Assembly (NCBI GenBank): GCA_047639315.1
Contig: JBLINQ010000004.1
Span: 9,303 to 73,302, forward strand
Reading direction: 5' to 3'
Length of the DNA stretch: 64,000 nucleotides
DNA from: Planctomycetota bacterium
GTDB lineage: Bacteria > Planctomycetota > GCA-002687715 > DRQF01
The position numbers and the translations under genes are program-made. Below the pieces are notes generated by a model. That model did no database searches, was not told where the DNA came from, and worked only from the letters and a program-made list of their open reading frames with translations. Of this stretch, positions 47,434 to 56,220 are shown in pieces. Numbering within the stretch: the first letter of the stretch is position 1; the number at the start of each line of letters is the position of its first letter.

Positions 47434-48233
47434 TGCATCCTGTTCTTTTTGAGTTTGTCCTCTTCGGCCGACCAATTGCCTTCAATAGCTATGGCCTGAT
47501 GATTGGCATTTCTGTCATTCTCTGGGCCCATTTTGTGCGCAAGGAATCGGCGCGCTTGGGCTACAAGAAAATGGCTGACGGGACGACCGTCACTCTCTTC
47601 ATCCTTGTTGGCGCTCTCTACGTCGGCGGCAAAGGTCTCTATTTATGGACCGTTGCCGGCCAAGATGATCCGGGTGACGAGAACATACAGACTGGTTTTG
47701 TCTTCTGGGGTTCCATCATTGCTGCAACGCCGGCGATGATCTTTCGACTTCGATCCTTAGGAGTCCCGGTGCTGAAGGGGCTTGATGTCTTCGCAGCGGC
47801 ATGTCCTATGTCTCATGCGATCGGGCGAATCGGGTGTTTCCTGGCGGGTTGCTGCTACGGCCATCGATGCGACAACGCATTGGCCGTTACTTTCGAACAT
47901 GGGGTGGGCCTCAATGGTATCCCCATTCACCCGGTCCAGCTCTACGAGATGATCTCGCTCACAGCTCTTTGGTTGTTCTTGTGGTACTACCTGCGCCCAA
48001 GAAAGAGCTTCGACGGCCAGCTCATCGTGACCTACTTCATCGGCTACTCAATCTTGCGTTGTATCACCGAGTCTTTTCGTGGTGACCCAGGACGCAAGTT
48101 TGTGTTCGGTGGCGAAGGACTTAATCCTGGAGATCGCCCTGAGGGCATCTCCGTCTCAGTCCTCATTTCCTTCTTGATGGTCTTGGTCGGCATCGGTATT
48201 TACCGCTTCGCGAGACGCCGAGCGGCGGCCTGA
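47433..48233 (+). CDS. lgt: Prolipoprotein diacylglyceryl transferase
   Basis: MHPVLF, SYGLMI, GFVFWG, GRIGCFLAGCCYG, HPVQLYE and Y...R...E.FRGD motifs. Confidence 0.92.
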   Translation: MHPVLFEFVLFGRPIAFNSYGLMIGISVILWAHFVRKESARLGYKKMADGTTVTLFILVGALYVGGKGLYLWTVAGQDDPGDENIQTGFVFWGSIIAATPAMIFRLRSLGVPVLKGLDVFAAACPMSHAIGRIGCFLAGCCYGHRCDNALAVTFEHGVGLNGIPIHPVQLYEMISLTALWLFLWYYLRPRKSFDGQLIVTYFIGYSILRCITESFRGDPGRKFVFGGEGLNPGDRPEGISVSVLISFLMVLVGIGIYRFARRRAAA

Positions 48234-50990
48234 TTTCTCAGGCACCACGATCAAGAAGCCAACTGTGTAGATTCCCGCTGCCAGCCAAAAGACTTTGGTG
48301 AAACCAATTTCTTGGCTCAGCACGATGCACAAGACACTTGCCATCACACTCATGAACCCGTTGACTGCCCACGCCCATGGCACGAGAGCTTTACAATTGG
48401 CTTCTACTGCCCGCAGGCCAGTTGGGAATGCCGTACCAAGGGCCAAGCCCAGTGGTAGGAGCAGCAAGACGGACGTGATCACACGTAAGGTGAAGCTCGC
48501 TCCTAACATCGTTTCGAGTAAATACTGGAAGGCCAGGAGCTCGATGCCAATCGCAGCCAAGATGGCCACTAAGAGCAATAAGAAGACACCTCTCGTTGCG
48601 ACTTTGATGCGTCCGGCTAAGAACGAGCCGAGTCCGGCGAAGCCGAGCAGAGAGCTCAAAACAACGCTCAGTGCGTAAGTTGGGTGCCCCAAGAAAATCA
48701 CCAATTTCTGCATCAAGGTGATCTCAATGAACATGAACCCTAAGCCTAATGAGGCAAAGTAGATCAAGTATCGCCAGCGTCCCGGAGTCGGAACACCATT
48801 GCGCTTCAGTCGTCTGATTGGCAAGAAGATCAAGAACATGGCCAAGAGACCAATCTGGATCATCGAGACCGCCAACACGGCGTGACCAACAGGGAAGTCG
48901 GGGTGGTAGTTACTCTTGAACCCTTCCGCAAAGAGAAGGCTTTTGTCGTAGCTGAGGAGTGACGACCATTTGTAATAGTTGAAGAAGAACGGATTGTCAT
49001 CGCGGCAGGGCTCCATTTCATATGGATAGCCGGCGATGAATCCGTCTCTGACTTTTGGATCTCGCGAGAGGAGATCGGCGAAGTCGCGGCGCGACAGATT
49101 GAAGGACTCCATGTCCTTGCTTAGGTAGGTGCGCGATTCGCGAATGAACGTGCGTGCGAGCACCTTGGCGCGGGGGCGAAGGTTCTCCGGGAATGGGGTG
49201 ATTAGCTCATCCAGGATGCTGTCATCGATAGCTCCTTCGTTCGTCGCTTTGTTCAGCGTTGCGTCGGCTAGAGCCATCGCAACTCCGTCGATATCGAAGT
49301 TCTTGTCGAGTTCAGGGATATGCAATCGAAGAGCTTGTTTGATGTAATTCGAAACGGCGTCAGGGCTGGTCGCAACAGAGTCGAATTTGGCATCTGCCGG
49401 CATCAGTGGATCGTAAATCAAGCCGCCGAACTGATTCTTCAAGGCAAAGGAATAGAGCGCCTCGATCTCGGTCCTTGTGAATGGCGTCTTCTTGATCATG
49501 GTCGAGGCCCAGTCGCGACCGCGGAACACGCAGATGTGCGACGATGGGTCTTCGACCCCGAGTTCTTCCAGGGCTAACCGTGCGATTCCCGCGAGGCGAA
49601 GAGTCTCGCGTGGTTTCTTGGGGTAGCTCAAGATGAATCTGGAGTAGTTGATCACGCCACCGTCGGTGAGGTGATTGAAGAACTCTTGGACGGCTTCGAC
49701 AGTATAGAGGTAACTCTCGGATAAGGTGTAGGCACCCGTACTGAGCGCGGTAAAGGAATCAACGCCGCTCATTTGAATGACATCAAACTTCTTCTCGCTA
49801 TGACGCATGTAACTGCGCCCTTCACCGTAAACGAGATTGATGCGGTCGGAATACTCATGAGCTCCGGGACGGAATAGGCCGTCGAGGTACTCATCAAAAT
49901 CTTCGGTGACCATCCGATGCATCGCAGGGTTGATCTCAACCGCCGTCACTTCTTTGGCGTTGTAGGCCAACGACATCATGATGTCGACGCCACCACCGAC
50001 GCCAATGACGAGAACTTCTGGCTCTTTCTGACCGCTTGCCTCGCGCGCAACAAATCCTGTGGCTGCTTGAGTGTCACGTAAGAATGGGAACTTCTTAAGA
50101 TCACCGGCACCACCATAAAGCATGGTCGGTGCGGTTCCGTCTTGCGTCACAAAGCGCGCTTGGATGCGCTCGATCGTAGTCAGAGAGAATTCGCCGCCTT
50201 GGATCGGCAGGGCAGGGTAGGGGAAGCTGACTTCGACTTCGGCGGTGGCGCTGGGCAAGCGCGTCATCACCCCAGTCTTGCTGATCGCAGTCATTTCCTT
50301 GTCAGGTGCAAAGGGAACTTCCCAGGTCATCGAGGGAATCTTGAGCGCAGGTGCCCCACCCAAGAAACCAATGGCGAACCAAGCAGCAACGACGAATCCA
50401 AGTGCTGGCAAGATCCGACGCCGAAGCGGAAGGCCCAATGAGAAGATGAGCGCGGCAACTGTAGAGAAAGCGCCAACCAAGATGATGGTCGTTTCGGCCC
50501 CTAATTTTCCGAGGAGCAGAGCACTCACACCGCCACCCAGAGCCGAACCGGCAAGATCAGCGAAGTAAATGCGATTGACGTGTTTGGTGAGGGACATCAG
50601 CGCAACGCCGATTGCCAAGCCACCAAAGAGCATAGGCACACTGATCAGGATGTAAAACAGAAGTAGGGCAATGAGATTCTTAGGCTGATCCAAGAGATGA
50701 AGCGTGTCGATTCGGATCAGAGTTACGAAGCAGAATGACAGCGTCGAAGATAAGGCAAACAGCAGGGAGTAATTCGATAATTTCGCAGCTGTGGGCTGGG
50801 ATTCGTCGATTTTTTGACCTGTGAGGATGCTGCCTGCCGCTCCGAATCCCAAAAGCGCAATGGAAACCACCATATAAGTAAAGTGGTGCCACATCATGAT
50901 GGCGAAGACGCGAGTCAGAGCAATTTCATAGAGAATGATCGATGCACCTAGGACAAAGACGCCCGCGCATGTAGTTTTGAGATTGTTCAT
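48156..50990 (-). CDS. Membrane-bound spermidine-synthase-like (SAM-dependent) protein with N- and C-terminal TM bundles
   Basis: YEIALTRVF, IYFADLAGSALG, VLVIGVGGGVD, EINP, GEGRSY, LYTVEA, DDNPFF, LGHPTY and WAWAVNG motifs. Confidence 0.87.
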   Translation of the reverse strand: MNNLKTTCAGVFVLGASIILYEIALTRVFAIMMWHHFTYMVVSIALLGFGAAGSILTGQKIDESQPTAAKLSNYSLLFALSSTLSFCFVTLIRIDTLHLLDQPKNLIALLLFYILISVPMLFGGLAIGVALMSLTKHVNRIYFADLAGSALGGGVSALLLGKLGAETTIILVGAFSTVAALIFSLGLPLRRRILPALGFVVAAWFAIGFLGGAPALKIPSMTWEVPFAPDKEMTAISKTGVMTRLPSATAEVEVSFPYPALPIQGGEFSLTTIERIQARFVTQDGTAPTMLYGGAGDLKKFPFLRDTQAATGFVAREASGQKEPEVLVIGVGGGVDIMMSLAYNAKEVTAVEINPAMHRMVTEDFDEYLDGLFRPGAHEYSDRINLVYGEGRSYMRHSEKKFDVIQMSGVDSFTALSTGAYTLSESYLYTVEAVQEFFNHLTDGGVINYSRFILSYPKKPRETLRLAGIARLALEELGVEDPSSHICVFRGRDWASTMIKKTPFTRTEIEALYSFALKNQFGGLIYDPLMPADAKFDSVATSPDAVSNYIKQALRLHIPELDKNFDIDGVAMALADATLNKATNEGAIDDSILDELITPFPENLRPRAKVLARTFIRESRTYLSKDMESFNLSRRDFADLLSRDPKVRDGFIAGYPYEMEPCRDDNPFFFNYYKWSSLLSYDKSLLFAEGFKSNYHPDFPVGHAVLAVSMIQIGLLAMFLIFLPIRRLKRNGVPTPGRWRYLIYFASLGLGFMFIEITLMQKLVIFLGHPTYALSVVLSSLLGFAGLGSFLAGRIKVATRGVFLLLLVAILAAIGIELLAFQYLLETMLGASFTLRVITSVLLLLPLGLALGTAFPTGLRAVEANCKALVPWAWAVNGFMSVMASVLCIVLSQEIGFTKVFWLAAGIYTVGFLIVVPEKSGRRSASREAVNTDADQDHQEGNED

Positions 50991-51102
50991 GTTTAGGTGA
51001 GACGCTTCATTATCATTCGAAGAAAACACTGACGAACGCCGTCAATGGGGTTGTTCGGAAGTCTGACAATAGCAGAATAGCCTGTTCTTTCCATGTCTAC
51101 GA

Positions 51103-51648
51103 TTGAGTCACCACGTGTCCAACGAAAAGCCAAGAAATGACCTGCAGCGCCGAGCGATCGAAGACTTAGTCCGCATCGAGGCCGAGGTTGGCAAGCTCCT
51201 ACCATTGACGCATGAAGCTCTGCTTCGACCTGCGACAAATGGTGCCTGGAGTCCTTCCGAGTTTGGACTTCACATTGTCCTAACCCTTGAAGATTGCTGC
51301 GTCCGATTTCAACAGGCCTTGTCCGATTCATCGATCCAATCACTCCAACCAACATGGACTCAAAAAATGGCGCAGAAAGCGGTTTTGGTCACGTTCCGAT
51401 TTCCGACTGGCAAACAGGCTGATCCTGGTGTCACGCCACAAATCATGCTCGACCGCGAGACAATTCTGCACCGACTCATTTCGTCGAGAGATTCGCTTCT
51501 TGATCTTGAAAGGAAATTGCAACGGGGCGATTCTCAGCCCTTTGTTGCCCACCCGATTCTGGGTCCGATGAGCTTTTATTCATGGATTCGAGTCCTCTTG
51601 ATTCACCTGCTTCACCATAAACTGTTGATGTCAAAGGGCTTGGGGTAA
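51103..51648 (+). CDS. DinB-family protein
   Basis: RPATNGAWSPSEFGLH, HPILGPMS...W and H..HH motifs. Confidence 0.8.
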   Translation: MSHHVSNEKPRNDLQRRAIEDLVRIEAEVGKLLPLTHEALLRPATNGAWSPSEFGLHIVLTLEDCCVRFQQALSDSSIQSLQPTWTQKMAQKAVLVTFRFPTGKQADPGVTPQIMLDRETILHRLISSRDSLLDLERKLQRGDSQPFVAHPILGPMSFYSWIRVLLIHLLHHKLLMSKGLG

Positions 51649-51681
51649 ATATCCTGAGCATGAATAGTCCTGACCTTTGGC

Positions 51682-51710
51682 TTGACCCATAGCCCTTGCG
51701 GGTTGACAAT
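51682..51710 (+). promoter_or_regulatory. Putative sigma70 promoter
   Basis: TTGACC-N17-GACAAT upstream of GGAGG RBS. Confidence 0.45.
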
Positions 51711-51748
51711 GATTATTGCGGTTAGGCCTCAGAACTGGAGGATTGGTC

Positions 51749-52138
51749 ATGAAACGACCTCAAGTCCTAATATTGGCAGAAAACAACTTTCATCGGCGCT
51801 TGATGAGTGACGTGGTTTGCTGCAACGAGATGCGAGCAGTTTCTTCAGATCGATTTGAATGGGTCGATCGGGTTGAAAATGGCGCATTCAAAGCTGATGT
51901 TGTAGTGATCGACTGCGGCATGGGAGCTAAGGAAGTTGCCAACGCAGTGACACGTTTGCAGGCGTTGCCGGAATCAATTCGGCCAAGCGTCATTGGCTGG
52001 GCACGAGAGAATGACAATAACCACGGCGCACCAACCCCGGCTCTTGAGAGCCAGATCGAATTTCCTCTGGATGTCGGATGCTTTGCCCGACTGGTCAAGG
52101 AACACGCACAAGCACGTATTCTTGCCGAATCGCTCTAA
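51749..52138 (+). CDS. Single-domain receiver-like protein (atypical)
   Basis: VLILAEN...ADVVVIDCGM REC pattern; conserved Lys-Pro replaced (IEFPLD). Confidence 0.65.
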   Translation: MKRPQVLILAENNFHRRLMSDVVCCNEMRAVSSDRFEWVDRVENGAFKADVVVIDCGMGAKEVANAVTRLQALPESIRPSVIGWARENDNNHGAPTPALESQIEFPLDVGCFARLVKEHAQARILAESL

Positions 52139-52168
52139 GTGTCTATCGCTGCCGAGGGCAACCTAATC

Positions 52169-53746
52169 ATGAGAATTAGTTTGCTTAACGGCAGTGACAA
52201 CCCAGCGCCATATCAGGCCATCTTGGAAGCTTCGGGGCATCAGGTCACGGCTTATGCCTCGGTTGCGGGCGATTTTCCTAATCTGACCGGTAATCCGGAT
52301 GTCTTGATTTGGAATTTCTCTGCCGACAAGGACAAATTGGCACGGGAATTTTCCGATTTTGCTCTCGTGTGCAAGGATCATTCATCACCGACGATTGCCA
52401 TCGTTCCTCTAGTCTTAGATACGCTGGAGCAGGCCACTCAGACCAGTGGTGTTGAACATGTCCTGCGCCAGCCGACATCAACCCAAGACTTGGCGAGTGC
52501 ACTGGCCCGCACAAACTTCGAGTATGATTCTGCGTCCCTCTCTGAGAAGTCTCTGCCTCTGATTCTTGTCGTCGGCAATGACCAAGACCTATTGAGCCGT
52601 CTCAATTCTACTCCCTTGGATGGCGTGGCTACTTGCGTTCACTGCCATGATGTCGAGCAGGCAGTTTTTCGATGCAAACAGCTCTCATTTGACTGTGTGA
52701 TATTTTGCGATCCTGCGGCCACGATTCCATTTCATGAATATCGACTGGCGCTTCAACCTGTCTTGGGGAATGTCGGTCTTATCGGTTTTCTTGATCCCAT
52801 AGTAGACGGTCACAATCGTTCATTGCCAAGTGGGCTTTCGTGGATTGACACACGAGGCGACGGCGCTCACCTTCTACAAGTCGTGAGCAATGTCCTTGAA
52901 GATCGCAGTCGTTCTGTGCGTCGCAAGGAACTCGATTTTGAGATCGTCGGCAAGCAACAAGAATTGCAGCGGGTCAATGCCATGCTGCGAACGATCAACA
53001 AAGCATTCCATGACACCAACATTCGCTTGGAGCGAGAAGGCCATACGAAAGACCAAATGATTGGAGTTGCTGCCCATGAACTCAAGAGCCCGTTGGCGGC
53101 CATGTCAGGAGCCCTTGATTTCCTTTGCGATGATCTCTCGCGGTATGACGGGGATGATCGCAAACTGCTTGAGTTATTGAAGCGCAACAACCAGCGAATG
53201 ATCAAACTCGTCGAAAATGTCCTCGATCTTTCACGCGTAGAGGCGAGACGAATCACGCTGCATCCAACTTCATGCCCTCCGACCTCTGTGGTCGAACATG
53301 CAATCGAAGAAGTTGCGATGCGGGCTCAGCAGAAGGGGATCCAGTTTGAGCTCCTTGATAATCCAGATCTCACCGAATGGTGGGTTGATGTTGGGACCGT
53401 CGAGCAAATGCTCGTGAATCTTCTCGACAATGCCGTCAAATTTTCACCACGAGATGGCATCATCAAGGTGATGATTCGCGCGGTTGGTTCTGAGATTCAC
53501 TTTGTGGTGGCAGACCAAGGACCAGGTATTCCACCCCCGGAGCGGGCCCTCGTCTTTGAGCGCTTTCATCATCGATCCAGGGGCGATGATCCTCACTCGG
53601 GTGGCTCGGGATTGGGGTTGACGATTACCAAGGCATTGGCCGAATTCCTCTCAGGACGCGTTACTTTGGGTGAGAGCCCAACAGGTGGCGCCTTGTTTAC
53701 CATCTCTCTGCCGTTCATTTCATCACCGGTTGAAGCGGACGATTGA
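52169..53746 (+). CDS. Cytoplasmic sensor histidine kinase with N-terminal degenerate receiver-like domains
   Basis: H-box AHELKSPL, N-box NLLDNAVKF, DQGPGI, FERF, GSGLGL; no TM segments. Confidence 0.92.
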   Translation: MRISLLNGSDNPAPYQAILEASGHQVTAYASVAGDFPNLTGNPDVLIWNFSADKDKLAREFSDFALVCKDHSSPTIAIVPLVLDTLEQATQTSGVEHVLRQPTSTQDLASALARTNFEYDSASLSEKSLPLILVVGNDQDLLSRLNSTPLDGVATCVHCHDVEQAVFRCKQLSFDCVIFCDPAATIPFHEYRLALQPVLGNVGLIGFLDPIVDGHNRSLPSGLSWIDTRGDGAHLLQVVSNVLEDRSRSVRRKELDFEIVGKQQELQRVNAMLRTINKAFHDTNIRLEREGHTKDQMIGVAAHELKSPLAAMSGALDFLCDDLSRYDGDDRKLLELLKRNNQRMIKLVENVLDLSRVEARRITLHPTSCPPTSVVEHAIEEVAMRAQQKGIQFELLDNPDLTEWWVDVGTVEQMLVNLLDNAVKFSPRDGIIKVMIRAVGSEIHFVVADQGPGIPPPERALVFERFHHRSRGDDPHSGGSGLGLTITKALAEFLSGRVTLGESPTGGALFTISLPFISSPVEADD

Positions 53747-53870
53747 GCCACATGCGTCTAAACCGGCCCTCCGCTTGGCTTCGTGGCTCTTGTCCCTGGA
53801 ATAGTTAGGCTCTGTGTAAGGGTGTCACGCGTGACAGCCAATCCTGGTCATCTCGTCAGAGGGGAAACCT

Positions 53871-54425
53871 ATGTCTGCTGGTCAACTTAGAGCCATTTCT
53901 CTTGTTTGTATTTTGCTCGTTGGAGTGTCATGCGAATCCGCATCCGATGGCGACACAGACCGAGGGTTCGGAGACCAAGTGTTTTCGTTGGCTGAAACAC
54001 ACCCAGAAGCGCAGACCACACAAGGTTGGCTCAATCCTAAGACCTTGCAGATCGAAGTGGCGAGTCTGAAGCCCGAAGCCACCGACATGGTTATCGAAGG
54101 ACTTCTGATTGGCTGGCGTTTTGTCGCCTTGAGCAATGTCAAAGGTCAGATTCAACAACCTCCCGTTTTACCACGTTGTCGCCGGGTTTGGATGGTGTTG
54201 GAAGATCGAAGCATTGTTGAGCAAGAAGATAGCAGTACGCCTGATCGCACCTACCTTTCAGGTTTCTTGGATCCAGAGACAAGCCTCTTCTATCCCGAGT
54301 CAGCGCAGATTACACGTGTGGTTGCAAAACCTGTGGCCGAGCCGAATTCAGATACTCCGGAAGAACCCATGGTTGAGCCAGTCGTTGTCGATCCCGCTGA
54401 ATCAAACACCGAGTCCGGTGAATGA
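53871..54425 (+). CDS. Putative lipoprotein
   Basis: Lipobox-like LVGVS|C, GAGGGG RBS, acidic Pro-rich tail. Confidence 0.65.
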   Translation: MSAGQLRAISLVCILLVGVSCESASDGDTDRGFGDQVFSLAETHPEAQTTQGWLNPKTLQIEVASLKPEATDMVIEGLLIGWRFVALSNVKGQIQQPPVLPRCRRVWMVLEDRSIVEQEDSSTPDRTYLSGFLDPETSLFYPESAQITRVVAKPVAEPNSDTPEEPMVEPVVVDPAESNTESGE

Positions 54426-55522
54426 CGACGGGTTCTCCCACCCCAGTATTCCAAGTTCACGAACTCGCTCAGGTCGGCAAGAAACTTCTCGCATGGTATG
54501 AGGAGAACAAGCGAGTTCTCCCGTGGCGAGATCGGGCGGACGAAGATCCCTATGCCATTTGGGTGTCCGAGATCATGCTCCAACAAACTACGGTTGGTGC
54601 AGTATTTGCGCGCTATGAGCCTTTTCTAAAGAGATTCCCGACAGTCCAGCATCTGGCTAAGGCCACTGAGGAAGATGTCCTCGCAGAATTGCAAGGCATG
54701 GGTTACTACCGCCGCTTTCGAGCCATGAAACGTGCTGCCGAGTTCATCGTCGACTCCTTAGAAGGTACCCTCCCCACAGATTTCAAAACGTGGTTAGCCC
54801 TTCCTGGTATCGGTGAGTATACCGCTGGGGCCATCCTCAGTATTGCGTACAACAAAGCTCAACCGGCTGTTGACGGCAATGTTGTTCGGGTCCTTACGCG
54901 CCTCCTTGCTTTGCCAGGCATTCATGAAACTCCCGTGGCGAAGCGTAAACTTGGACAAGTCGTCTTGTCCATGATTCCGAAGAATCGAGCCTCCTGTTTT
55001 AATCAGGGCCTCTTCGATCTCGGTGCCACGATTTGCTTGCCAAGTCAGCCGCTTTGCAGTGAATGTCCAATCTCATCGTGGTGCAAAGCACGAGAGCGGA
55101 ATGAAATTTCTCTTTATCCCGAGAAGCCAAAAAAGAAGAAGATGGTCGACGTCACCGTCGCTGTTCTTTTGTGCCGACGCGGTGAAGATATCTTCATGTG
55201 GCGCCGACCAAAGGGCGCCAGCCGCATGCCCGGTTTTCGTGAGATGCCAGAAATGTGGTTGGATGAGAATAACGCCGATCCGCAATCTGCATTGCAAGCT
55301 GTCGTTTCTGAACGACTGGGCTTTGCCGTCAAGTTTGGCGATGAGGTCGCACGATGCAAGCACAGCATCACTCATCACAAGCTGACCTGCCGCCTTTTCG
55401 AAGGACAGATTACTCAGAAGAAACTTACTGACGGCGAATGGGTCAACCCAAACAACCTGACCGACACTCCAACCTCCACGATTACGAAGAAGCTTCTAAA
55501 GCAAGTCCTTCGGGATGAGTGA
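54422..55522 (+). CDS. mutY: A/G-specific adenine glycosylase
   Basis: LPWR, WVSEIMLQQT, GMGYY, LPGIGEYTAGA, VDGNV.RV, C-x6-C-x2-C-x5-C Fe-S motif, NUDIX-like tail. Confidence 0.95.
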   Translation: MTTGSPTPVFQVHELAQVGKKLLAWYEENKRVLPWRDRADEDPYAIWVSEIMLQQTTVGAVFARYEPFLKRFPTVQHLAKATEEDVLAELQGMGYYRRFRAMKRAAEFIVDSLEGTLPTDFKTWLALPGIGEYTAGAILSIAYNKAQPAVDGNVVRVLTRLLALPGIHETPVAKRKLGQVVLSMIPKNRASCFNQGLFDLGATICLPSQPLCSECPISSWCKARERNEISLYPEKPKKKKMVDVTVAVLLCRRGEDIFMWRRPKGASRMPGFREMPEMWLDENNADPQSALQAVVSERLGFAVKFGDEVARCKHSITHHKLTCRLFEGQITQKKLTDGEWVNPNNLTDTPTSTITKKLLKQVLRDE

Positions 55523-56045
55523 AAGGGAGTTGAAGGTCGTGGGCACAGCCCAAGTGCTCAAGCACACAGGCGATGATCTCCTCCATTGTCCAGATTGAAG
55601 AGGGCGGAGCCCAGTCACTTCCCTGGTGCCAAGTCTTAGATCCCCATTCATAGAGCAATGGTCGAACTGCCGCGCTTTCGTAGGGACAAGACAAGCATTG
55701 GGAGTTCCGATTGGGCCCGACAAAGCGCGTCATGACCAACTGAAAGTCAAAGGCTCGAATTTGATTGACGATGTTGAGGGGCAATTGTCTGGGAATCCAA
55801 ATCTCAACGATGCGTGTCATTTCAATTCGACAGCCTTCTAAGTTGGCACGGTCCAATCGCGCTCCAAATAAGTCAGTACCGCGTAAGTCGGCATCTCGAA
55901 GGTCTGCGCTTCGCAAGTCAGCCCCCTGAAGATCGTGACCTCGGAGGTTACGTCCACGGAGGTCTTGGTGACGCAAATCTGGCCCTGGACGGGCGACCGA
56001 GTCTGTCTTTTCACTCCGAAAAGGTGGCGTATTTTTATTTGGCAT
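55482..56045 (-). CDS. Pentapeptide-repeat protein with Cys/His-containing C-terminal domain
   Basis: DLRHQDLRGRNLRGHDLQGADLRSADLRDADLRGTDLFGARLDRANLEG repeats; CLSCPY...C...GCAHD. Confidence 0.8.
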   Translation of the reverse strand: MPNKNTPPFRSEKTDSVARPGPDLRHQDLRGRNLRGHDLQGADLRSADLRDADLRGTDLFGARLDRANLEGCRIEMTRIVEIWIPRQLPLNIVNQIRAFDFQLVMTRFVGPNRNSQCLSCPYESAAVRPLLYEWGSKTWHQGSDWAPPSSIWTMEEIIACVLEHLGCAHDLQLPFTHPEGLALEASS

Positions 56046-56124
56046 GGTGATTCCCATTGGCGTCCAGACGCATCTGGACGTTTTCTCTTTCACAACGATG
56101 TCATTAACCGGGCTCTCTATGCGC

Positions 56125-56164
56125 TGCACTCTACAGTGCTGCACTGCACTGTCAAGTGCAGTGC
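56125..56164 (-). promoter_or_regulatory. Sigma70 promoter overlapped by two GCACT-N4-AGTGC palindromes (putative operator)
   Basis: Minus strand TTGACA-N16-TAGAGT; palindromes at 56126-56139 and 56146-56159. Confidence 0.6.
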
Positions 56165-56220
56165 TTTCGATTTAGAGAAAAGACGGTGCCTTAAAGTCAC
56201 GCTATAGCAGGAGATCGGCG

